Assembly (NCBI GenBank): GCA_963762145.1
Contig: CAVXJS010000014.1
Coordinates: 288,001 to 352,000, forward strand
Source of the DNA: an uncultured Candidatus Rokubacteria bacterium
Lineage (GTDB): Bacteria; Methylomirabilota; Methylomirabilia; Rokubacteriales; CSP1-6
Length of the DNA stretch: 64,000 nucleotides
Direction of reading: 5' to 3'
A program made the translations under genes and the position numbers. Position 1 is the stretch's first letter; each line of letters begins with the position of its first letter. The notes below the pieces were generated by a model. It was not told the DNA's origin. It searched no databases and was given only the letters and a program-made list of their open reading frames with translations. Shown here one piece after another: positions 28,673 to 37,195 of the stretch.

Positions 28673-29200
28673 ATGGCAGAGGACGCGTTCGAGGCGGTGG
28701 TGGGGGCCCACCACGCGGAGATCCGGCGCTACCTGCTGCGGATCACGGCGCGCGGAAGCGACGCCGACGATCTCTCGCAGGAGACCTTTCTCCGCGCGTT
28801 CCGGGCGTACCGCGCCCTGGCGCCCGGCTCGAACGTGCGCGCGTGGCTCTTCACGATCGCCACGAACCTCGGGCGCAATCACTTCCGGGCCCAGGGGCGC
28901 CGGCGCCGGGCCTATGCGGCGGCGGCCCTCGAGATGAGGCCCGACGCGCCGGACCGGGCCGACGGCCAGGCGCTGGCCGACGAGGCGCGCGGGCGGCTGG
29001 AGCGGGCGATCGGGGAGCTGCCCGGCAAGCAGCGGCTGGCGTTCATCATGAGGAAAATGCACGAGCTCGAATACGCGGAGATCGGGGCGAGCCTGTCCTG
29101 CTCGGAGGAGAGCGCCCGCGCCCACGTCTTCCAGGCCCTCCGCAAGGTGCGGCGCAGCCTCGACGGTCATCTTCCGCTCGGAATGGAGTCCCGGTCATGA
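28673..29200 (+). CDS. ECF RNA polymerase sigma factor
   Basis: Region 2 DADDLSQETFLRAF...AWLFTIATN; region 4 LPGKQRLAF..LEYAEIG..ARAHVFQA; start may be 28661, 28670 or 28673. Confidence 0.93.
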   Translation: MAEDAFEAVVGAHHAEIRRYLLRITARGSDADDLSQETFLRAFRAYRALAPGSNVRAWLFTIATNLGRNHFRAQGRRRRAYAAAALEMRPDAPDRADGQALADEARGRLERAIGELPGKQRLAFIMRKMHELEYAEIGASLSCSEESARAHVFQALRKVRRSLDGHLPLGMESRS

Positions 29201-30162
29201 GCCCTCAGCACCCCCTGTGCCGCGCCATCGAGCCGGACCTCCTGAGCGTCGCTGCGGGTGAGGCGGGATCCACCGCGGCGGGACGCGTGGAAGCGCACGT
29301 GGCCGGTTGCGGGCTCTGCCGGGACGAGCTCGCGCACTACCGGGCGCTCGAAGGCATGATGGGCACGCTGCGACGCGCCCCGCTCGAGGACGACGACGCG
29401 ACGCTCGCGCGCGCCCAGCTCGCCTCGCGCCTCTCGGACCTGCGCTCGCGCATGGTCGGCTTCGGGATCTTTCCGTCGCCGCTGGGGCGCATCCTCATCG
29501 GTCGCTCCGAGCAGGGCGTGGCCCTGGTACAGTACCTGCCCGCGGACGGATCGCTGTCCGCGCACGTGCGGCGGCTCCTGGGCGAGGACGCGGTCGAGGA
29601 CCGCGCGGCGACCGAGGCGCTGCGGGCGGAGCTGGTGGAGTATCTCGAGGGCCGGCGCGCGCGGCTCGACTGGCCGCTCGACCTGCGCCGGATGCGGAGC
29701 GAGTTCCAGCGGCGCGTGCTCGAGGCGACGGCCGCGCTGCCCTACGGTGCGGTCACCTCGTACGCGGGCATCGCCGCCCGCATCGGGGCACCCTCCGCGG
29801 TGCGCCCGGTCGCGCAGGCGCTGCGCTGGAACCCGCTGCCGATCGTCATCCCGTGCCACCGGGTGATTGGCGGCTCCGGCGCGCTCACCGGCTACGCGGG
29901 CCGGCGCGTGGAGCTCAAGCAGCGTCTGCTCGCGGTCGAGGGCGTGAAGACGGTCGCGACGCGGAACGACTTCAAGGTGGACCGCGAGGCCATGTACACG
30001 ATGGTCACCGGGGACAGCGAGTACTGCGTGCCCACCTGCGGCTCGCTCCTCTCCCGGCCGTTGTCCGCGCTCACGCTGTTCGGCACGCGGGAGGGCGCCG
30101 AGGCCGCCGGCTTCGAGCCCTGCACGAGCTGCCGGCCCGATCTGCACCCCCTCCCCGCCTAG
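29197..30162 (+). CDS. Fusion protein: ZAS (zf-HC2) anti-sigma + O6-alkylguanine-DNA alkyltransferase + Ada-type Zn-binding domain
   Basis: HVAGCGLC (HxxxCxxC); NPLPIVIPCHRV; YCVPTC...FGTREGAEAAGFEPCTSCRP; ATGA overlap with the sigma stop. Confidence 0.88.
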   Translation: MSPQHPLCRAIEPDLLSVAAGEAGSTAAGRVEAHVAGCGLCRDELAHYRALEGMMGTLRRAPLEDDDATLARAQLASRLSDLRSRMVGFGIFPSPLGRILIGRSEQGVALVQYLPADGSLSAHVRRLLGEDAVEDRAATEALRAELVEYLEGRRARLDWPLDLRRMRSEFQRRVLEATAALPYGAVTSYAGIAARIGAPSAVRPVAQALRWNPLPIVIPCHRVIGGSGALTGYAGRRVELKQRLLAVEGVKTVATRNDFKVDREAMYTMVTGDSEYCVPTCGSLLSRPLSALTLFGTREGAEAAGFEPCTSCRPDLHPLPA

Positions 30163-30181
30163 CCCGCCCGCGACGTCCTCC

Positions 30182-30214
30182 GCCGTTTCACACCGTCTCG
30201 CTCGCGGTGTCTCA
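30182..30214 (+). promoter_or_regulatory. Putative ECF-dependent promoter, copy 2
   Basis: GCCGTTTCACACC-gtctcgctc-GCGGTGTCTCA, followed by an AAGGAGG RBS and ATG at 30237. Confidence 0.7.
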
Positions 30215-30236
30215 ACGTGCGAAGGAGGACAGAACG

Positions 30237-30641
30237 ATGAGCTCGGAGACGGAGATCACGATCATGATTGTGCTGGTTCCCTTCCTCGCGGTCTGGGCGT
30301 TGCTCGCGCTGAGCCGCCGCGTCCAGCGGCGCCGCGAGGAGCGGGTGGTCCGGCAGATCGCCCTGACCGACGCCATCCACGGCGAGCTGGGCGCCGTCGC
30401 GGCCCCGGACGTGACGCGGAGCTTCGCCGGCGAGTGGACGGTCTCGATGCGCCTGCCGCTCCATCACGAGGGCATGGTGGGCGCGATCACGCGCCTCACG
30501 CAGGATCTCTTCCGCCGCCTCGACCGGCAGGATCCGCCGCGGCTGCGCCTGGTCCTGATCCCGCAGACGGTTCGGCCGTGGCGGCGGGACCGGGTGGTGG
30601 GCGTTTCCCGCGAGGCGGGGCGCCTCGACCGCGCGGCCTGA
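30237..30641 (+). CDS. Hypothetical membrane-anchored protein
   Basis: Strong RBS; N-terminal TM IMIVLVPFLAVWALLAL; small alpha/beta C-domain. Confidence 0.7.
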   Translation: MSSETEITIMIVLVPFLAVWALLALSRRVQRRREERVVRQIALTDAIHGELGAVAAPDVTRSFAGEWTVSMRLPLHHEGMVGAITRLTQDLFRRLDRQDPPRLRLVLIPQTVRPWRRDRVVGVSREAGRLDRAA

Positions 30642-30662
30642 GCGCAGAAGAGGAGAGCGGGC

Positions 30663-30878
30663 ATGGACATCAATACCTACGCCCTCGAGAAGATCGCCAA
30701 CGGGCGGCTCACCGAGCTCCGCGCCGCCGGCGCGCGGGTGGCCCTGATCGAATCGGCCCGGATCGGCCCCCGCGGGGTGGGGGTCGCGGTCGGATCCGCC
30801 CTCATCCGGCTCGGACACTGGCTGGCGCCCGCGGAGGAGGCGGCGGCGCCGAATGCAGGAGTGCGAGTCGCCCGCTGA
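30663..30878 (+). CDS. Small hypothetical protein
   Basis: GAGGAG RBS; VGSALIRLGHWLA amphipathic motif. Confidence 0.65.
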   Translation: MDINTYALEKIANGRLTELRAAGARVALIESARIGPRGVGVAVGSALIRLGHWLAPAEEAAAPNAGVRVAR

Positions 30879-30917
30879 AATAGTATGCTTGCCCCCAGGC
30901 CGGGGAGGGCCGGGGCC

Positions 30918-31787
30918 ATGGCGGGAACATTCGATCGGCGGGAGCAGGATCTGGGCAACATCGTGCTGCTGGAGCACGTCAACGTGCGGGTGCCGGATCA
31001 GCACGCGGCCACCCTGTTCTACATCGCCGGGCTCGGGCTGACGCGCGATCCCTACCTGATGGTGAGCGTGGAGAACATGTGGGCCAACGCGGGGCAGACC
31101 CAGTTCCACCTGCCGACCGGCGCGCCGAACGTGCTCCAGGGGCACGTGGAGATCGTGGTGCCGGATCTCGACGCGCTGATGCGGCGGCTGGCCGCAGTGC
31201 GCGAGCCGCTCGCGGGCACCCGGTTCGCCTACGAGATGCGCGACAAGCACGTGGCGGTGACGTGTCCGTGGGGCAACCAGTTCCGCTGCGTAGGCCCCGC
31301 CGCCGAGTACGGTGACATGACGCTCGGCATCTCACGGGTCGAGGTCCCGGTGGCGCGCGGCGCCGCCGCGGGCATCGTGTCCTTCTACAAGACCGCGCTC
31401 GGGGCCACCGCCTCCGTGAGCCAGGACGACGTCGGCCAGGCCGCGCGTATCAGCGTCGGCAACCGGCAGGAGATGGTGTTCCGGGAGACCGACGCCCCGA
31501 TCGCGCCCTACGACGGCCATCATGTCGCGGTCTACATCTCGGACTTCTCGGGCCCGCACGCGTGGCTGGTGGAGCACGGGCTCCTGTCCGAGGAGAGCAA
31601 TCCGTACCAGTATCGCTTCCAGGTCATTACCGACCCGGAGAGCGGCAAGAAGCTCTCGGAGATCGAGCACGAGGTGCGCTGCGTGACCCATCCCATGTAC
31701 ATGCGCCCGCTGATCAACCGCAACGCGGCCCAGCGTCAGGCCACCTACGTACGGGGGCGGGACGCTTTCGTCCCCGGGCTGCTCTAG
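30918..31787 (+). CDS. Two-domain VOC/glyoxalase-like protein
   Basis: LEHVNVRVPD...FY..GLG, QFHLP, CPWGNQF, HHVAVY. Confidence 0.7.
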   Translation: MAGTFDRREQDLGNIVLLEHVNVRVPDQHAATLFYIAGLGLTRDPYLMVSVENMWANAGQTQFHLPTGAPNVLQGHVEIVVPDLDALMRRLAAVREPLAGTRFAYEMRDKHVAVTCPWGNQFRCVGPAAEYGDMTLGISRVEVPVARGAAAGIVSFYKTALGATASVSQDDVGQAARISVGNRQEMVFRETDAPIAPYDGHHVAVYISDFSGPHAWLVEHGLLSEESNPYQYRFQVITDPESGKKLSEIEHEVRCVTHPMYMRPLINRNAAQRQATYVRGRDAFVPGLL

Positions 31788-31812
31788 GACAGCTCCGGGG
31801 CGCCGAGGAGGA

Positions 31813-32103
31813 ATGCGTATGCTCGCTGACCGCTACGTCAAGACTCTGCTCACCGTGATCGCGCTGGCGCTGGTGGCCATTGCCGCGCACCTGTGGCAGG
31901 GCCAGCTCCGGCCGGCCGCGGTGGACGCTCAGCCGGTCGCCAAGTACGGCGAGGTCGGTCTCCCCAAGGCGTGGGGCAAGCTCGTCGGCTTCTCGAACAA
32001 CAATCTCCTGCTCGAGAGCAGCGACGGCATGCTCCGCATCGTGGACGTGGAAGGCAAGGAGCCGGAGTACCCGAAGGTCAAGGTGCAGGTGCGCTGGAAG
32101 TAA
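31813..32103 (+). CDS. Small secreted/membrane-anchored hypothetical protein
   Basis: DRYVKTLLTVIALALVAIA signal anchor; GAGGAGG RBS. Confidence 0.65.
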   Translation: MRMLADRYVKTLLTVIALALVAIAAHLWQGQLRPAAVDAQPVAKYGEVGLPKAWGKLVGFSNNNLLLESSDGMLRIVDVEGKEPEYPKVKVQVRWK

Positions 32104-33050
32104 CTCCCCGCTGGACGGCTCTCGCGCTCGCCGCCCTCCTGCTCGCCGCGACTCCCGCCTTCGGGGCGTTCGAGGACGGCCGCCGCGCCTACGACCGCGG
32201 CGACTACGCGACCGCGTATCGTGAGTGGCGCCCGCTCGCCGAGGGCGGGAACGCGGCGGCCCAGTTCCTCGTGGGGTTCATGCACGAGCGCGGACAGGGC
32301 ATGCCGCCGGACCCGGCCGAGGCCGTGGCCTGGTATCGTCTCGCCGCGCTCCAGGGTGATGTGCACGCCCAGTTCCGTCTCGGCTTCCTCTATGCCTACG
32401 GCCGCGGGGTGGACCGGGACGACATGCAGGCCGCCGACTGGTATGGCCGCGCCGCCGCCCGGGGCAATCGCGCGGCGCAGGCCGCGCTCGACGAGCTCCG
32501 CGCGGAGGGCCGGCTCCCCACGCCGGGCGGAACGCGCGACGTGCTGCTGCTGCGGAGCGCGGCGGATCGCGGCGGCGCCACCGCCCAGTACCAGCTCGGC
32601 GTGCGCTACGCCACCGGGGAGGGCGTGGCCCAGGACGCCCAGCAGGCGGTCTACTGGTACCGGCGTGCCGCGGAGCAAGGGGTCGCGACCGCGCAATACC
32701 AGCTCGGGCTCCGCTACGCGAACGGGGACGGCGTCACGCGGGACTACGCGGAGGCGGTGAAGTGGTACCGACGCGCCGCCGAACAGGGTGTGGCGTTCGC
32801 GCAGTTCAACCTGGGCGTGCGGTACGTCAACGGCCAGGGCGTGCCGCGCGACCCGGTGCTGGCCTACCAGTGGTTCAGCGTCGCGGCCCAGAGCCTCCTC
32901 GGCAAGGAGGCGGACACCGCGCGGCAGGCCCGCGACTCGGTCAAGGCCCAGCTCGCCCCCGAGCAGCTCGCGCGCGCCGAGGAGCTGGCGCGGAGCTGGC
33001 GAGCGAAGCCGGAGCCGCCCGACGCGCCGGTCGCTACGCCTCGAAGGTGA
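32094..33050 (+). CDS. Sel1-repeat (SLR) secreted protein
   Basis: Repeated AQYQLGxxYxxGxGVxxD...AVxWYRRAAEQG; signal peptide; start codon unclear. Confidence 0.9.
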   Translation: MEVTPRWTALALAALLLAATPAFGAFEDGRRAYDRGDYATAYREWRPLAEGGNAAAQFLVGFMHERGQGMPPDPAEAVAWYRLAALQGDVHAQFRLGFLYAYGRGVDRDDMQAADWYGRAAARGNRAAQAALDELRAEGRLPTPGGTRDVLLLRSAADRGGATAQYQLGVRYATGEGVAQDAQQAVYWYRRAAEQGVATAQYQLGLRYANGDGVTRDYAEAVKWYRRAAEQGVAFAQFNLGVRYVNGQGVPRDPVLAYQWFSVAAQSLLGKEADTARQARDSVKAQLAPEQLARAEELARSWRAKPEPPDAPVATPRR

Positions 33051-33447
33051 TGTCCTGAGCGCCTTCCCAGCAGAGAAGCCGTCCGACCTCGGGTAGCTGC
33101 GAGCGGCCCTCCTCGATCGTGAGGAAGTGGTTGCCGGCCAATGGGCCGTGCACGCTCGCGAAGCGCGCGGAGCCGTACGGGAACAGGATCTCGGTCTCGC
33201 TGACTCCCGCGGGGTAGAACAGCAGCGCGCCCGGCGCGGGCGCGCTCGTCGCGTGCTCCGCGCCCACTCCCAGGTCGAGGGGGCCGAGCGGAATCCAGCC
33301 CGCCTCGCCGCTCCAGCGCGCCTGGATGATCCGCTGCCGGTAGGGCAGGAGGCGGCGGAAGGCGGCGCAGGTGCGCGGCGCGGCGGCTTCTTCCCAGCGG
33401 GCCGTGAAGCTCAGTGGCCCCAGCCGGATGCGGAGCGGCCCCATCAT
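33034..33447 (-). CDS. DUF3830 family cyclophilin-like protein
   Basis: APRTCAAF, ARWSGEAGW, YPAGVSETEIL.PYG, GNHFLTI. Confidence 0.85.
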   Translation of the reverse strand: MMGPLRIRLGPLSFTARWEEAAAPRTCAAFRRLLPYRQRIIQARWSGEAGWIPLGPLDLGVGAEHATSAPAPGALLFYPAGVSETEILFPYGSARFASVHGPLAGNHFLTIEEGRSQLPEVGRLLCWEGAQDITFEA

Positions 33448-33467
33448 CGTCGGGGGCGGCGGAGCCC

Positions 33468-33938
33468 TCAGCGGCGCCGGCGCGACTTCCGGGCCGGGGC
33501 GCTCGCGCGGGCCTTGCGCCGGGGCGCGCCCGCCTTCTTCTCGGGGAGGACCGCGGTCGCCTCGACCTCGATGAGCAGGTCCGGGCGCACGAACTGGGAG
33601 ATCTCGATCAGGGTGCTCGCGGGCCGGCTCTTGCCGAAGTACTCCTTGCGCACCGTGTTGACCGCCTCCCGGTGCGCGACGTTCTTGAGGAACACGGTCA
33701 CCTTGCACACGTCGGCGAAGGTGGCGCCCGCGGCGGCCAGGCAGCTCTTGATGTTCTCGTGGACCTGGCGGGTCTGGGCCACGATGTCGCTGCCGCCGAC
33801 CGTACGTCCCTGGGCGTCGCTGGCCACGCAGCCGGAGACGAAGACGAGCCGACCGGCCCGTACGACGTGGACGAAGTGGCTGATCGGTTCCGGCATGCCC
33901 GGAACCCAGATCTCTTCTCGATGTGCGGTGGTGGGCAT
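33468..33938 (-). CDS. RidA/YjgF family protein with a basic C-terminal tail
   Basis: VFVSGCVA, DVCKVTVFL, RPASTLIEI...LIEVEATA. Confidence 0.9.
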   Translation of the reverse strand: MPTTAHREEIWVPGMPEPISHFVHVVRAGRLVFVSGCVASDAQGRTVGGSDIVAQTRQVHENIKSCLAAAGATFADVCKVTVFLKNVAHREAVNTVRKEYFGKSRPASTLIEISQFVRPDLLIEVEATAVLPEKKAGAPRRKARASAPARKSRRRR

Positions 33939-34136
33939 CGTGGTCTCCTCGCGGGCTGGGGTGGAAGTGCGCGGCGATTATTCTCCGGCCGGGCCCGATG
34001 GTCAAGCTGTGTCCACGAAGCGCCGCGGCCTGACACCGGCCGTCAGCCGAGCGCCGCGACCCGCCGGCCAACGTCGGGATTTCTAGATAGTTCTCGGGAT
34101 CCGGCGGTGGTCCGACTCTTGCTGTTTCCTGACGGC

Positions 34137-34556
34137 ATGATCAAACGACTCGCCACCGCCCTGCTCGTCGCGCTGTCCCTGCTCGTGCTCCCCGCCACCA
34201 GGCTGTCCGCGCAGACGCTCGATCCGGCCGCTGCGGAGGCCCTCGCCGCGACCCTCCGGATGCTGGCGGATCCGGCGGCTCGGGGCCAGATCCTCGCCAC
34301 CGACCCGAACGCCGCCGCGGTCGACCGGCAGGTCCAGGGCATGGCGGGCTCCTCCCAGCTCGCGCAGGAGGTCTACGGCCTCGCCGCCGAGGTCTTCGCG
34401 GACCTGGCGCGGAGCACGGGCGGCGACCCGCGGCAGCTGAGCGCGGCGCTCGACCGCGCCAAGTCCGACCCGGCCGCCTTCGCGGCGATGCTCCGGCCGG
34501 AGACGCTCGACCGGTTGCGCGCCCTGGCCACCCGGATCTCGGACGCGCAGCGCTGA
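34137..34556 (+). CDS. Secreted alpha-helical hypothetical protein
   Basis: Signal peptide MIKRLATALLVALSLLVLPA. Confidence 0.65.
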   Translation: MIKRLATALLVALSLLVLPATRLSAQTLDPAAAEALAATLRMLADPAARGQILATDPNAAAVDRQVQGMAGSSQLAQEVYGLAAEVFADLARSTGGDPRQLSAALDRAKSDPAAFAAMLRPETLDRLRALATRISDAQR

Positions 34557-34559
34557 GTC

Positions 34560-35222
34560 ATGGACGACGTCAATCTGCTGAAGAGCCGGATGGCGGAGGC
34601 GCTGGTCGAGGGCATCTTCAAGCGCGCGCAGTACATGGTGGCGCGGGTCGCTCGCGAGACGCAGGTCTCCGCCCTCATGCGCACCGGCCAGAGCGTGCCG
34701 GACTTCGTGGTCTGGAAAGCGCTGGACGAGCCGAGCCTGGGCCACCGCTCGTACCTGCTGCTCGCGATCGAGGTGAAGTACTGCACCGACCTGGACGACC
34801 ACCTCCGCCGCGAGGCGCCCGCGCGCTCGCCCGAGGTGGCGCTGCAGTGGCCGGAGCTCTACGAGATCCTGGTGACGGATCGGCCCGAGCTCGGCCGTTC
34901 GTGCTTCCAGGCGGTCCACGTCTCGATCCTACCGCCGGGGGCGCCGCCCAGCACGCTCGATCTCCACCTGGTGCCGGGGCTGGACATCTATCGACGCACC
35001 GTCGAGGAGTACGAAGGGCTGGTGCGGGAAGTGTTCCCGCTCATCGGCTCAAGGAAGGGCGCCGGCGACTGGGCGCGCAAGCTCGGGAGCCGGACCCCCG
35101 CGCGTCACGACTCACGCCCGCACCCGCGGTCCCGGCCGGCCCGCGATCACGGCGACCGGTCGGGCGAGCGGGGTTATCGGCCGTCGGCGGCCCAGGAGCA
35201 GCGGCACGGCGTGAGCGAGTAG
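34560..35222 (+). CDS. Putative PD-(D/E)xK nuclease-fold protein
   Basis: AEALV...VPDFVV...AIEVKY. Confidence 0.6.
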   Translation: MDDVNLLKSRMAEALVEGIFKRAQYMVARVARETQVSALMRTGQSVPDFVVWKALDEPSLGHRSYLLLAIEVKYCTDLDDHLRREAPARSPEVALQWPELYEILVTDRPELGRSCFQAVHVSILPPGAPPSTLDLHLVPGLDIYRRTVEEYEGLVREVFPLIGSRKGAGDWARKLGSRTPARHDSRPHPRSRPARDHGDRSGERGYRPSAAQEQRHGVSE

Positions 35223-35650
35223 CGCAGTCCCGACGTCTCGATCACACTCGTCGCCCGCCAGCCCGACAGCAGCGAGTAATCGACCCGGAAGTAGTGGTCG
35301 GTGCCTTCCATCCCCACGCTCTGACCGTTGACCACGTAGCGCGTCCGGCAGGTCATGCCGCCCAGGAGGCTCGGTCCGCAGGTCAGCGCGGTCACCCGCA
35401 CCGCGGTCCGCGCGGCCAGGATCTCGCGATCGGCGGTTTTCAGAATTCGCGCCATCCGGCGCACCTGCTTGCCCCGGACGTGGGCTTCCACCGCCTCGCG
35501 CGCGCCGTCGAGCGTGGCGCAGGAGCGGACGAACCGGAGCGCGTGATAGCCCACCACGGAGACCACGGCGGCGAGCACCACGATCAGCACACCGCGCGCG
35601 AGGGCCGCGGCGTTCCAAGGTCGGCGGAGTAGCGCGGGTCGTCTAGCCAA
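35174..35650 (-). CDS. Hypothetical membrane-anchored Cys-containing protein
   Basis: TM GVLIVVLAAVVSVVGY; several Cys; start overlaps the upstream stop. Confidence 0.55.
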   Translation of the reverse strand: MARRPALLRRPWNAAALARGVLIVVLAAVVSVVGYHALRFVRSCATLDGAREAVEAHVRGKQVRRMARILKTADREILAARTAVRVTALTCGPSLLGGMTCRTRYVVNGQSVGMEGTDHYFRVDYSLLSGWRATSVIETSGLRYSLTPCRCSWAADGR

Positions 35651-37151
35651 GGAGTCCCTCCTGGAGCGCGAGCCCGGTGGACGGATCGAGGAGCGACTGG
35701 GACTCGCGCCGGAATGGCAGCCACGTGAGGCGCACCGCGGTGAACGCGGGCTCGGCCTCCGCGGCCTTCTTCACCTCGCGGGGCGTCCGACGCCGGCCCG
35801 CCGCCGCGAAGCGCGCGAGCAGCGCGGCGTCCTCGGCGTCGTAGAAGCAGCCGTGCGCGGCGGGGCGCTCGCCGGTCCACGGCCGGTACGCGGGCGGCTT
35901 CGCGGTCAGCCGCGCGGACAGGTCGTGCAGGGCCTTGAGCCGGCGGTAGCGAAAGGCGGGCGCCCAGGCGAGCGCCGCGTCGGGCCCGCCGGCGGGATCG
36001 AGCTGCCAGAACGGCAGGTAGACGGCCGCGTCCGCCGGGCCGGGCGTCGCCGCGTCGGGCCGCACGTCGGCGATCTCGTGCGGCATGTCGCCGAGCTCGA
36101 CGCCGTGGATCTGCCACGCCCGGTGACAGGAGCCGCAGAAGAAGATCACGTCGTCGGGCTCGACGGGCAGGGCCCAGCCGCAGTTCGGACACACCAGCGG
36201 CCGGAGCCCCACCGTTCGCGGCTCGTCGGTCGCGGGCCGCTCGAGGGCGTCGCGCAGCGAGAGCGGCGCGCGCGGCTGCACGATGCATTCGGCCACCGCG
36301 TCCACCACGGTGAGCCACCGCTCGCCGTTCCGGGCGAGCTCCACCACCCAGAAGGGGAAATAGATCACGCTCAGGATGCGCCCGAGCACCTGCCGGTAGA
36401 CCACGTGCTGGAAGCCGCGCGCGGACAGCCCCTGGGCCATCGCGCGCTCCGGCGTGAGCTGCGGCGCGACGATGGACCCGAGCGCGGCCAGGGCCGCGCG
36501 CTCGAACAGCGAGACGCGGAGCACCTGGGCGCGCACGCCGAGCGAGGCCACCCCGAGCTCGGCCAGCTCCGCGGCCGGGAAGGTCTTCTCCACGTAGCGA
36601 TCGAGGAACTGGACCTGCCCGTCGGGCGCGGAGCGCGCCGGCGCGTCGCGCATCGCGGTCAGGACGGGTAGGTCGAGCGGGCGCTCCGGGGTCGGCGGCT
36701 CATCCAGGAGATCGCGCACGGTGTCGCCGGCCTTGCGCCCGAAGAGCACGTCGGCGCCCCAGCCCAGCATCGCGCCGATGGGGATCTCGATCTCGGGCCG
36801 GTCGGGCGCGCTCCCGCCCAGGCTCTCGCCGACGAGGGGGAAGGCCGCGCTCTCCGGTGAAGGCTTCGGCGGCACGTCCAGCCACTGGAAGTCGTGGCCG
36901 GTGAGGCGGTAGAAGGGCACGAAGAAGAGCCGGGCGCCCGCGACGCGCGCCTCGATCCGGCCGGTGCGCGCGACGGCGCCCGCGACCTCGGCGCGCACCT
37001 TGGGAGCGACCCAGTAGCTCAGGACCTGCTTGCGGCCGGTGACGAGCAGGGTGGAGCCGCAGCTCGGACAGCGGATCGCGTTGGCCCCCTCGGAGAAATC
37101 GAGGGGACCGCTGCAGGTGGGGCACTCGGTCGAGACGACGACCTGGCTCAT
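35643..37151 (-). CDS. Zn-ribbon protein (YdjG-like), internally duplicated
   Basis: CPTC/CPSC at the N-terminus and CPNC/CGSC internally; FVPFY, YFPFW, YLPFW and WLPF motifs. Confidence 0.7.
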   Translation of the reverse strand: MSQVVVSTECPTCSGPLDFSEGANAIRCPSCGSTLLVTGRKQVLSYWVAPKVRAEVAGAVARTGRIEARVAGARLFFVPFYRLTGHDFQWLDVPPKPSPESAAFPLVGESLGGSAPDRPEIEIPIGAMLGWGADVLFGRKAGDTVRDLLDEPPTPERPLDLPVLTAMRDAPARSAPDGQVQFLDRYVEKTFPAAELAELGVASLGVRAQVLRVSLFERAALAALGSIVAPQLTPERAMAQGLSARGFQHVVYRQVLGRILSVIYFPFWVVELARNGERWLTVVDAVAECIVQPRAPLSLRDALERPATDEPRTVGLRPLVCPNCGWALPVEPDDVIFFCGSCHRAWQIHGVELGDMPHEIADVRPDAATPGPADAAVYLPFWQLDPAGGPDAALAWAPAFRYRRLKALHDLSARLTAKPPAYRPWTGERPAAHGCFYDAEDAALLARFAAAGRRRTPREVKKAAEAEPAFTAVRLTWLPFRRESQSLLDPSTGLALQEGLLG

Positions 37152-37195
37152 GGAGACGTCGTCGGAGCGGGGGCGCGGCGGGGCGGGCCGGCGCG

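Noticed and set aside
27550-30162. 870-aa ORF suggesting a giant Cache/sigma/alkyltransferase fusion
   Set aside because: The part upstream of 29197 is low-complexity off-frame sequence overlapping two real genes; the true start is ATG 29197.
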